NCBI GenBank assembly: GCA_963810105.1
Contig: CAWEMB010000001.1
Location: forward strand, 781,112-845,111
Origin: an uncultured Solirubrobacterales bacterium
Lineage (GTDB): Bacteria > Actinomycetota > Thermoleophilia > Solirubrobacterales > 70-9
Length of the DNA stretch: 64,000 bases
Reading direction: 5' to 3'
A program made the position numbers and the translations under genes. Positions 18,841 through 26,472 of this stretch are shown in pieces (positions within the stretch are counted from its first letter, which is position 1; each line of letters opens with the position of its first letter). The notes under the pieces were generated by a model. The model was given only the letters and a program-made list of their open reading frames with translations, did not search any database and had not been told where the DNA came from.

Positions 18841-19644
18841 GTGAGCATGATCGAGCAGCTCATCTCAGGGGCGCGCGAGGGCGTGGAGGAGCGCCGCCGG
18901 CGAATTCCCCAACCCGACCTCGAGTCCCAGCTGCCCGGACGCGGCGAGGATCGCCCCTTCAGCGAGGCTCTCGTGCGGCCGGGCCTCTCGCTGATCGCTG
19001 AGTTCAAGCGCCGCTCGCCGAGCGCCGGCGAGATCGCCAGCCCCCAGATCGCCGATCAGGTCGGCGCCTATGAACGGGGCGGTGCCGCCGCCCTCTCCGT
19101 GCTCACCGACGAACGCCACTTCGGCGGCTCGCTGGAGGACCTGCGCGCCGCCCGCGCGGCCTGCGACCTGCCAATTCTGCGCAAGGACTTCATCGTCGAC
19201 CCCTACCAGCTCTACGAGGCGGCGGTCAACGGCGCCGACGCCGTGCTGCTGATCGTCCGCGCCCTTAACGACAGGGAGCTGAGGGCGATGTATGCGGAGG
19301 CGCGCGGGCTCGACCTGGACTGCCTGGTCGAGGTGCACGACGCCGAGGAGCTGGAGCGGGCGCTGGAAACCGATGCCGACGTGATCGGGATCAACAACAG
19401 GGACCTGGGCGAGGGCACCGTCGACGTCTCCACCCTCTACGAGCTGATGCCCGATGTGCCGGCCGGCAAGACCGTCGTCGCCGAGAGCGGCATCTCGCAG
19501 CGAGCGGAGTTGGAGGAGCTGGAGCGGGTCGGGGTCGACGCCGTCCTGATCGGAGGGGCGTTGATGACGGCTGCCGACCCGGAGGCGAAGGCGCGCGAGC
19601 TGACCGGGGGCGACGACGGCACGCGCGAACATCAGCTGCCCTGA
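18841..19644 (+). CDS. trpC: indole-3-glycerol phosphate synthase
   Basis: The IAEFKRRSPS and ILRKDFI motifs are present. The start is GTG 18841 or ATG 18847. Confidence 0.9.
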   Translation: MSMIEQLISGAREGVEERRRRIPQPDLESQLPGRGEDRPFSEALVRPGLSLIAEFKRRSPSAGEIASPQIADQVGAYERGGAAALSVLTDERHFGGSLEDLRAARAACDLPILRKDFIVDPYQLYEAAVNGADAVLLIVRALNDRELRAMYAEARGLDLDCLVEVHDAEELERALETDADVIGINNRDLGEGTVDVSTLYELMPDVPAGKTVVAESGISQRAELEELERVGVDAVLIGGALMTAADPEAKARELTGGDDGTREHQLP

Positions 19645-19651
19645 GCGAGGA

Positions 19652-19679
19652 TTTAGGAATCGTTTGGCGTTCGTTTAGG
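19652..19679 (+). promoter_or_regulatory. three phased TTT(A/G)GG direct repeats upstream of htrA (possible response-regulator site)
   Basis: TTTAGG at 19652, TTTGG at 19663 and TTTAGG at 19674 start exactly 11 nt apart. They lie in the 59-nt trpC-htrA spacer. Confidence 0.25.
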
Positions 19680-19703
19680 CGGCGCTGAGAAACGGCCCCC
19701 ACC

Positions 19704-20900
19704 ATGGGGGCCATGCGGAGAGCGAGACGCTTCTTTGGTTCCTCCTTCGGCTCGGCGCTGATCGGCGGGGTTGTCGTCGGGCTCTTCGGCTGGCTGGCGA
19801 TCGCCGCTGGCTGGATCGAGGCCCAGGAGAGCTCGACCGCCACCACCGCGCCGCTGACGGCACCGGTGGTCGATCGAGAAGACGGGGCCAACGTCGTCAA
19901 CCAGATCTATCGCCGCGACGGCCAGGGCGTCGCCTTCATCGAAGCCGACCAGCCGGCGGAAGCCTCGCCATTCAACCCCTTTGGGGCGCCCGAAGGAGGT
20001 GGCACGGCGACCGGCTCCGGTTTCGTCATCGATGCCGAGGGCCACGTCCTCACCAACAACCATGTGGTCGAAGGCGGCAACGGGATCGAGGTCAAGCTCG
20101 GCTCTTCGGATATTGCATATCCAGCCGAGATCGTCGGTACGGATCCGGCCACCGATCTCGCTCTGCTCGAGGTCGATGCCCCCACCGATCAGCTGCACCC
20201 GCTCTCGCTCGGAGACTCCTCCAAGCTCGAGGTGGGCGATCCCGTTGTCGCGATCGGCAATCCCTTCGGGCTCGACCGGACGGTGACCAGCGGCATCGTC
20301 TCCGCCCTGCAGCGCCAGATCCAGGCCCCCAACGGCTTCTCCATCTCCCACGTGATCCAGACCGACGCGGCGATCAATCCCGGCAACTCCGGCGGCCCGC
20401 TGATCGACGCGGCGGGCAATGTCGTCGGCATCAACTCACAGATCGAGACCGGCGGTGCGGGCAACGGCAATGTCGGCATCGGCTTTGCGATCCCGATCAA
20501 CACGGCGCGCGACGTGATCCGCCAGCTGCAGGCCAACGGCGAGGTCAAGCATGCCTACCTCGGCATCAGCGGCGGCGACATCACAGCCGACCTTGCGCGG
20601 GCAATCAACCTGCCGGTGAAGCGGGGCGTCCTCGTCCAGGAGGTGATCGAGGACGGCCCCGCCGACAAGGCGGGCATCGAGGGCGGCACGACCGGGGCGA
20701 CGATCGATGGAGCCAGCGTCAGCCTCGGCGGCGACATCATCACCGAGCTCGACGGCAAGGCAATCTCCTCCATGGACGAAATCATCGCCGCCGTTGACAG
20801 CGCCGATCCGGGCGACAAGTTGGACCTCACCGTGCTGAAGGAAGGATCGCAGCGGGAGATAACCGTCACGCTCGGTACCCGCCCGAACTCGGCCCCGTAG
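19704..20900 (+). CDS. htrA: HtrA/DegP-family serine protease with PDZ domain
   Basis: An N-terminal TM anchor is followed by the trypsin-like motifs TNNHVV, DLALL and GNSGGPL, then a C-terminal PDZ domain. Confidence 0.85.
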   Translation: MGAMRRARRFFGSSFGSALIGGVVVGLFGWLAIAAGWIEAQESSTATTAPLTAPVVDREDGANVVNQIYRRDGQGVAFIEADQPAEASPFNPFGAPEGGGTATGSGFVIDAEGHVLTNNHVVEGGNGIEVKLGSSDIAYPAEIVGTDPATDLALLEVDAPTDQLHPLSLGDSSKLEVGDPVVAIGNPFGLDRTVTSGIVSALQRQIQAPNGFSISHVIQTDAAINPGNSGGPLIDAAGNVVGINSQIETGGAGNGNVGIGFAIPINTARDVIRQLQANGEVKHAYLGISGGDITADLARAINLPVKRGVLVQEVIEDGPADKAGIEGGTTGATIDGASVSLGGDIITELDGKAISSMDEIIAAVDSADPGDKLDLTVLKEGSQREITVTLGTRPNSAP

Positions 20901-20905
20901 GCGGG

Positions 20906-21006
20906 AAGGGGGACCCCTCCGAACGGCTTGTACTTCTCCGGCAATTCGATCGCGGCCAGCCGACCACGATCCACCGGAGCAAGTTGAGTGAGGAGGGGTC
21001 CCCCTT
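20906..21006. repeat. nested palindromic intergenic element, copy E (subfamily II)
   Basis: A perfect 15-bp outer inverted repeat, AAGGGGGACCCCTCC / GGAGGGGTCCCCCTT, flanks a 71-nt core. The core is the reverse complement of the copy F core at both ends. Confidence 0.9.
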
Positions 21007-21010
21007 GCCG

Positions 21011-21016
21011 TACCCT
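21011..21016 (+). promoter_or_regulatory. candidate -10 hexamer (TACCCT) for leaderless trpF
   Basis: TACCCT is followed by a 6-nt spacer and then ATG 21023. It lies directly after the right arm of repeat E. Confidence 0.3.
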
Positions 21017-21022
21017 GGGTCC

Positions 21023-21658
21023 ATGCGGGTGAAGATTTGTGGAGTCACGAATTTGGATGACGCGGCAGAGGCCGTGCGCTTGGGCGCTTGGGCTGTCGGG
21101 CTGATCCATTTTGAGGAGAGTCCAAGGCACTGCGAGGCGGCGGAGGCGGTTCGGATTGGGGCTGCTTTCAGGCGCAAGTGCGAGGTTGTCGGGGTCTTCG
21201 TCAACGCTGAGCTGGAGGAGATCGACCGGGCGGTAGAGAATGCCGGCTTGACGATGGTCCAGCTGAACGGCGAAGAGGGCGCCTCCTTCTGCGGTGAGAC
21301 GGCGCGGCGGACAGGGGTCAAGGTGATCAAGGCGGTCCATGTCGCCAGCGCGGCCGACATCCATGCCGCGGAGGCCTTTCGCACCGACTATCACCTCTTC
21401 GACAGGCGCGGCAAGGGCCTCTGGGGAGGGACCGGCAAAAGCTTCGACTGGGAGCTGCTGCGCGAGCGCCGCTCCCAGATCCCGGCGATCCTCGCCGGCG
21501 GCCTGCGGCCGGACAACGTCGCCGAGGCGATCTCGATTGCCCATCCTCACGCCGTCGACGTCGCCAGCGGCGTCGAGGCCGAGCCGGGGCGCAAGGACCA
21601 CGCGGCGATGGCCGCCTTCTTCGAGGCCGCAAAGACGGCCGGCGTCCCCTCGGCATGA
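21023..21658 (+). CDS. trpF: phosphoribosylanthranilate isomerase
   Basis: [14 protein letters not shown]... is a typical TrpF N-terminus. The ORF-track start 20984 lies inside repeat E. Confidence 0.9.
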   Translation: MRVKICGVTNLDDAAEAVRLGAWAVGLIHFEESPRHCEAAEAVRIGAAFRRKCEVVGVFVNAELEEIDRAVENAGLTMVQLNGEEGASFCGETARRTGVKVIKAVHVASAADIHAAEAFRTDYHLFDRRGKGLWGGTGKSFDWELLRERRSQIPAILAGGLRPDNVAEAISIAHPHAVDVASGVEAEPGRKDHAAMAAFFEAAKTAGVPSA

Positions 21659-22845
21659 GCGCGGTCGAGGAGCGCTTCGGGCCCTATGGAGGCCGCTATG
21701 TCCCTGAGACGCTGATCGTCGCCCTCGACGAGCTGGCCGCCGCTTGGGGGGAGGCCCGCGAGGACGCTGAGTTCGGTGAGCGCCTGCGCCTCCTGCACCG
21801 CGACTTCATCGGCCGCCCGACGCCGCTCTACCTGGCCGAGGGTCTTTCGGAGCGGGCGGGCCGCACCGTCTACCTGAAGCGGGAGGACCTGGCCCATACC
21901 GGCGCCCACAAGATCAACAATGCGGTTGGGCAGTGCCTGCTGGCCCAGCGGATGGGCAAGCCGCGGGTGATCGCTGAGACCGGGGCCGGGCAGCACGGCG
22001 TGGCGACGGCGACGGCCTGCGCCTTGCTGGGCCTCGAATGCGTCGTCTACATGGGCAACGAGGACATCCGCCGCCAGCGTCCCAACGTCGAGCGGATGGG
22101 CTTGCTGGGCGCCGAGGTCGTGGCTGTGGACGCCGGCGCGATGACGCTCAAGGAGGCGGTCAGCGCGGCGATCCGCGACTGGGTCGCAAACGTCGGCACG
22201 ACCCATTACGTGATCGGCTCCGCCGTCGGCCCCGCGCCCTTCCCGGCGCTGGTCCGCGACCTGCAGCGCGTGATCGGCGACGAGGCCCGCGAGCAGGCTC
22301 TGGCCGCAACCGGCGTATTGCCGGCGCGGGTGATCGCCTGCGTCGGCGGCGGCTCCAACTCGATCGGCATCTTCACTCCCTTCATCGAGGACGAGGAAGT
22401 GGCCCTGATCGGGGTCGAGGCGGCGGGGGAGGGGCTCGACAGCGGCCGCCATGGGGCCTCCCTGCAAGCCGGCCGCACCGGCGTCCTGCATGGCTCGCTC
22501 TCCTCGGTGATCGCCGATGAGGAAGGGCAGATCCTCGAGGCCCACTCGGTATCGGCGGGGCTCGACTATCCGGGGGTCGGCCCCGAGCACGCCCATCTGC
22601 GCGACACCGGCCGCGCCACCTACACCGCGGTCACCGACGCGGCGGCTCTCGCCGCCTTCGAGCAGCTGGCACGGCTGGAGGGGATCATTCCCGCCCTCGA
22701 GTCCTCGCACGCGATCGCCTGGCTGCTGGAGAACGGCGGCGGCGAGGGCTATGACGTGGTCTGCCTCTCAGGGCGGGGCGACAAGGACCTGGCCGAGGTG
22801 ATGGAGCAGACCGCTGGGGGAGTCGGGGATGAGACTTCGGAATAG
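21655..22845 (+). CDS. trpB: tryptophan synthase beta chain
   Basis: The [12 protein letters not shown]-lysine motif and GGGSN are present. It overlaps trpF by 4 nt. The last ~9 codons run into the outer arm of repeat D. Confidence 0.95.
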   Translation: MSAVEERFGPYGGRYVPETLIVALDELAAAWGEAREDAEFGERLRLLHRDFIGRPTPLYLAEGLSERAGRTVYLKREDLAHTGAHKINNAVGQCLLAQRMGKPRVIAETGAGQHGVATATACALLGLECVVYMGNEDIRRQRPNVERMGLLGAEVVAVDAGAMTLKEAVSAAIRDWVANVGTTHYVIGSAVGPAPFPALVRDLQRVIGDEAREQALAATGVLPARVIACVGGGSNSIGIFTPFIEDEEVALIGVEAAGEGLDSGRHGASLQAGRTGVLHGSLSSVIADEEGQILEAHSVSAGLDYPGVGPEHAHLRDTGRATYTAVTDAAALAAFEQLARLEGIIPALESSHAIAWLLENGGGEGYDVVCLSGRGDKDLAEVMEQTAGGVGDETSE

Positions 22846-22911
22846 GGGAGTCGGGGGATGACTCTGTCGAGCAACGGCGGGGAGGCTCGTCAGAGTCATC
22901 CCCCGACTCCC
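22846..22911. repeat. nested palindromic element, copy D (short form) between trpB and trpA
   Basis: A perfect 21-bp inverted repeat, GGGAGTCGGGGGATGACTCTG / CAGAGTCATCCCCCGACTCCC, flanks a 24-nt core with CGGCGGGG. Partial second arm copies lie at 22816-22838 and 22920-22935. Confidence 0.9.
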
Positions 22912-23742
22912 TCGGTTACGCATCCCGACTCCCCAGCGGTTAGTGGGGGGGAGCTGATAGCTCGTGCTTTTCAGCTGGCGGGTGGGGAGGGCCGGGCGGC
23001 GCTGATGCCTTACATGGTGGCCGGCTTCCCCGACCACGAGGCCTCGCTCGCGGTTGCCTCCGCATACGTGGATTCGGGCGCCGACCTGATCGAGCTCGGC
23101 ATTCCCTATTCGGACCCTCTGGCCGACGGCCCGACGATCCATGCCGCCGCCACCGCGGCGCTGGCCAGGGGCGCGACTCTCAGCTCCGCCCTCGAGGTCT
23201 GCCGCTCGGTGTCCGACCGGGTCCCGGTCGTGGTCATGGTCTACGCCAACATGGTCCTGGCGCAGGGCGGCGCGGCGGAGTTCGCCCGCCTCGCGGCCGC
23301 CGCCGGCGCCGCCGGCGCGATCGTTCCCGACCTACCGCTGGAGGAGGCCGTCGAGGTGCGCGACGCCTTTGGCAAGGCGGGGCTGGCGCTGGTGCCCTTG
23401 GTCGCCCCGACGACTCCCACCGAGCGCCGCACCAGGATCTGCGCGGCCGCCCAGGGTTTCGTCTACGTCGTCTCCACCGTCGGCACTACCGGCGAGCGCG
23501 ACGAGGTGCCGGCCGAGCTTGCCGACCTGGTGGCGAGGACCAAGGCGATGGCCGAGGTGCCGGTCGCGGTCGGCTTTGGGATCGGGACGCCGCGGCAGGC
23601 TGCCGAGGTGGGGGAGATAGCCGACGGGGTGATCATCGGCAGCCGCCTCGTTCGCGCCGTCGCCGAAGCTCCTTCCGCCGCCGCTGCCGCCGCTGCCGTC
23701 GCCGGCTTCCTCGGCGAAACGCGCATCGCCCTGGACAGCTAG
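22858..23742 (+). CDS. trpA: tryptophan synthase alpha chain
   Basis: TrpA homology begins near ...ELIARAFQLAGGEGRAALMPYMVAGFPD. The only upstream ATG/GTG/TTG is ATG 22858, inside repeat D, so the true start is uncertain. Confidence 0.85.
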   Translation: MTLSSNGGEARQSHPPTPSVTHPDSPAVSGGELIARAFQLAGGEGRAALMPYMVAGFPDHEASLAVASAYVDSGADLIELGIPYSDPLADGPTIHAAATAALARGATLSSALEVCRSVSDRVPVVVMVYANMVLAQGGAAEFARLAAAAGAAGAIVPDLPLEEAVEVRDAFGKAGLALVPLVAPTTPTERRTRICAAAQGFVYVVSTVGTTGERDEVPAELADLVARTKAMAEVPVAVGFGIGTPRQAAEVGEIADGVIIGSRLVRAVAEAPSAAAAAAAVAGFLGETRIALDS

Positions 23743-23754
23743 GATCCGCGCCGC

Positions 23755-23901
23755 ATGGGACTGGTTGTCAGCTTCTTTCTGGCGCTCGCCGCGATGACGG
23801 TTTCCTACGCCTTCGGCCAGGGCGGCCCGGTGGCGGGCCTCGTTTTCTTCACCGTGCTCTTCATCGGCGCCGTGCTTCGCGTCGTGCAGCCCAAGGCGTA
23901 G
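23755..23901 (+). CDS. small hydrophobic protein, 48 aa, two predicted TM segments (below the ORF-track length cutoff)
   Basis: Hand translation: MGLVVSFFLALAAMTVSYAFGQGGPVAGLVFFTVLFIGAVLRVVQPKA*. Third codon positions are GC-rich. TAGGAT, which includes the trpA stop, lies 9 nt upstream. Confidence 0.4.
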   Translation: MGLVVSFFLALAAMTVSYAFGQGGPVAGLVFFTVLFIGAVLRVVQPKA

Positions 23902-23928
23902 CTCCCCTCACGCCTCGCCCGGCGCGGT

Positions 23929-24744
23929 TTAAGCGCGCGTCGCGATCACCTGCAGGTACTCGGGCTTCAGCACCAGGGCGTCTTCGCCGGCCGTGTTGTA
24001 TTCGTCGAGAAAGGCACGCAGGTCGCTCTCCAGGGCCTCTTCTCCCTCCGGCCCCACCCGCTCGAAGGCCATCTTCGTAGGGCCGAAATAGGTGCGGAAG
24101 AAATCGAGGTAATGATCGGCGGAGCGGAACGGCTGGCGCGAGATGCGACGCTCGACGTGCAGCTCGGTGATCTGATCGCCGAAGAGCTCCTGCAGGCGAT
24201 CCTCGGTTCCCCACAGCAGCGGCGAGCTGACGCCTGGAGGCGGTGGCGCGTGCTTGGCGATCGTCATGAACATCTTGCCGACGCCTCCGTCAGGCACCCA
24301 GTTGGCCATCCCGATGCGCCCACCCGGCTTGCAGACCCGCAGCAGCTCGGCCGCCGTCTTCTCGTGCTCGGGGGCGAACATGGCGCCGAAGATCGACATC
24401 ACGACATCGAACTCGCCGTCCTCGAAGGGAAGCTCGGCGGCGTCCCCCTCGACGAACTCGACATCGAGGCGCTCGGCGGCAGCGCGCTCGCGGCCGCGCT
24501 CGAGCAGCGCGGGGACGAAGTCGATGCCGACGGTGTTGCCCCAGGCCCGGCGGGCGGCGGCGAGGGCGCCGTTGCCGCTACCGCAGGCGACATCCAGCAC
24601 GCGCTCATCGGGGATGATGTCCAGCGCTTCGGAGAGCTCCTCGGCAACCATCTGCACGATGCCGGCGACCATCGCGAAGTCACCTTCCGACCAGGTCTTC
24701 TGTTGAGCCTGCTTGACCGCTCCGAGATCGAGTTGCTCGTTCAT
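23929..24744 (-). CDS. class I SAM-dependent methyltransferase
   Basis: The SAM-binding motif VLDVACGSGNGAL is present. The start is placed at ATG 24744 (MNEQLDLGAV...) rather than the ORF-track 24834. Confidence 0.8.
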   Translation of the reverse strand: MNEQLDLGAVKQAQQKTWSEGDFAMVAGIVQMVAEELSEALDIIPDERVLDVACGSGNGALAAARRAWGNTVGIDFVPALLERGRERAAAERLDVEFVEGDAAELPFEDGEFDVVMSIFGAMFAPEHEKTAAELLRVCKPGGRIGMANWVPDGGVGKMFMTIAKHAPPPPGVSSPLLWGTEDRLQELFGDQITELHVERRISRQPFRSADHYLDFFRTYFGPTKMAFERVGPEGEEALESDLRAFLDEYNTAGEDALVLKPEYLQVIATRA

Positions 24745-24801
24745 GCCCACTCCCTTCGACGTTTGCGCGAACCTATCGCCTCGCGCCGATCTCGACGGCT
24801 C

Positions 24802-24807
24802 TAAGCT
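24802..24807 (+). promoter_or_regulatory. candidate -10 hexamer (TAAGCT) for leaderless pfkA
   Basis: TAAGCT is followed by a 7-nt spacer and then ATG 24815. Confidence 0.4.
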
Positions 24808-24814
24808 CACGTGT

Positions 24815-25844
24815 ATGCGGATCGGAGTGCTCACCGGTGGAGGAGATTGCCCCGGGCTGAACGCCGTAATACGGGCAATCGTCCGTAAGGGAACCGAAGG
24901 GGGCGGGCATGACTTCGTTGGCTATCGCGACGGTTGGCGGGGACCGCTGGAGAACGACAGCCAGCCGCTCGGCGTGCCGGAGGTGCGCGGCATCCTGCCC
25001 CGCGGCGGCACGATCCTCGGCTCCTCGCGGACCAATCCCTTCAAGGAGGATCGAGGCCCGGAGCGGATCGCCGAGAACCTTGCGGCGGCCGGAGTCGACG
25101 GCCTGATCGCGATCGGCGGCGAGGACACGCTCGGCGCCGCATCCCGCCTGCACAGCGAGCACGATCTGCCGATCGTCGGCGTGCCGAAGACGATCGACAA
25201 CGATCTCAGCGCGACCGATTACACCTTCGGCTTCGACACCGCCGTCAACATCGCGATGGAGGCGATCGACCGCCTTCACACCACCGCCGGCAGCCATCAC
25301 CGAGTCCTGATCGCCGAGGTGATGGGCCGCCATGCGGGTTGGATCGCTTTTCACGCCGGCCTCGCCGGCGGCGCCAACGTGATCCTCATTCCTGAGCTGC
25401 CCTTCGACATCGAGCAGGTCTGCGAATTCGTCGGGCGCCGCTTCGAAGAGCCAGTTCGCCCCGATCGTCGTCGTCGCCGAGGGGGCGCAGCCCCAGGGCG
25501 GGATGGCCGAGACGCAGGACGACAAGCTGGACGCCTTCGGCCATGTCCGCCTCGGCGGCGTTGCCCACTGGCTGGAGGGAGAGATCGAGCGCCGCACCGG
25601 CAAGGAGGCACGGGCGACCGTGCTCGGACATGTGCAGCGTGGAGGCACGCCGACGGCCTTCGATCGGGTGCTGGCAACCCGCTTTGGCCTGCACGCGATC
25701 GACGCCGTCGACGCGGGTCGCTGGGGCACCATGACCGCCCTGCGCGGCACCGAGATCAAGCTGGTGGCCCTGAGCGAGGCGATCGCGGAGCTGAAGACGG
25801 TTCCGGAGTCGCTTTATTCGGAGGCTGAGGTCTTCTTTGGCTAG
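24815..25844 (+). pseudogene. pfkA: 6-phosphofructokinase interrupted by a single frameshift near 25449-25452
   Basis: MRIGVLTGGGDCPGLNAV...PKTIDNDL...VGRRFEE is read in the frame of ORF 24713. The conserved continuation QFAPIVVVAEGA...GHVQRGG...EAEVFFG* lies in the +1 frame (ORF 25503..25844). The original frame turns into Arg-rich nonsense. Confidence 0.8.
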
Positions 25845-25852
25845 CGGGGGAG

Positions 25853-25941
25853 GGGGACGGGCATCCCTCTCCTCTGACAAGTGCCGCGCTAATGAGCGCG
25901 GCACTTTGAGTATCCGCCAGTGGAGAGGGATGCCCGTCCCC
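25853..25941. repeat. nested palindromic intergenic element, copy C (subfamily I)
   Basis: A perfect 20-bp outer inverted repeat, GGGGACGGGCATCCCTCTCC / GGAGAGGGATGCCCGTCCCC, flanks the core. Inside is an 11-bp stem at 25880-25905, followed by TTGAGTATCCGCC. Confidence 0.9.
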
Positions 25942-26430
25942 ATCTGCGCGCTGGAAAGGACAGCTCGTGGGCTGCCGAAGCATGCTGCTCTGGCTGCGGT
26001 AGCGGTCATTTTGCTGGTTGCCGGGGGGTGTGGGGGGGACGAAGGGGTTGCTGAGGGGGCGGCTGTCAGTGCTTATGTCGATGCAACGCTTTGTGGGGAG
26101 GCGAAGGGGGAGCTGGATCGGAGTGGGGGAGGGACGGAGGAGATCCGCGTCCGGGTCGTCTGCCTGGCGAGTGGGCGCCAGGGAAGCAAGCTCGACCTCG
26201 CCGCAATCGGCGCCAATGCCCGCCGGGCAAGCGAGGATTCCACCGCGGTTGCCTACATCGAGGCCCCCAACCCCGCCGCCGCCCGCTTCTCTCATTCGCT
26301 GCTCGAATCGGCCGGAATCCCCATCATCACCAGTGAGTCGGGAGCAACCGCAATGACCCGCCTCCTCGACGCAATCCAAAAAGCCGACCCAAACTCGCTG
26401 CGCGACTCAGTACTCGACGCCCTGCAGTAA
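25930..26430 (+). CDS. short putative lipoprotein resembling the N-terminal part of a type-1 periplasmic solute-binding protein
   Basis: A signal/lipobox-like segment ...AAVAVILLVAGGC is present. The candidate ATG 25930 lies in the right arm of repeat C. The product is about 166 aa, short for that family. Confidence 0.45.
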   Translation: MPVPICALERTARGLPKHAALAAVAVILLVAGGCGGDEGVAEGAAVSAYVDATLCGEAKGELDRSGGGTEEIRVRVVCLASGRQGSKLDLAAIGANARRASEDSTAVAYIEAPNPAAARFSHSLLESAGIPIITSESGATAMTRLLDAIQKADPNSLRDSVLDALQ

Positions 26431-26436
26431 ACGATT

Positions 26437-26455
26437 GGGGGGCAGGGAGCCCCCC
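26437..26455. terminator. GC hairpin between convergent genes
   Basis: GGGGGGC-AGGGA-GCCCCCC lies 7 nt after the stop at 26430 and 18 nt from the stop at 26473. There is no U-tract. Confidence 0.45.
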
Positions 26456-26472
26456 TGCCGTCCCTGCGACCG

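Noticed and set aside
20984-20989. The conserved TTGAGT of the repeat cores considered as a -35 box for the downstream leaderless promoters.
   Set aside because: The spacing to the candidate -10 hexamers is 21 nt for trpF and 30 nt for hrcA, outside the 16-19 nt range. No -10 follows in copy C.
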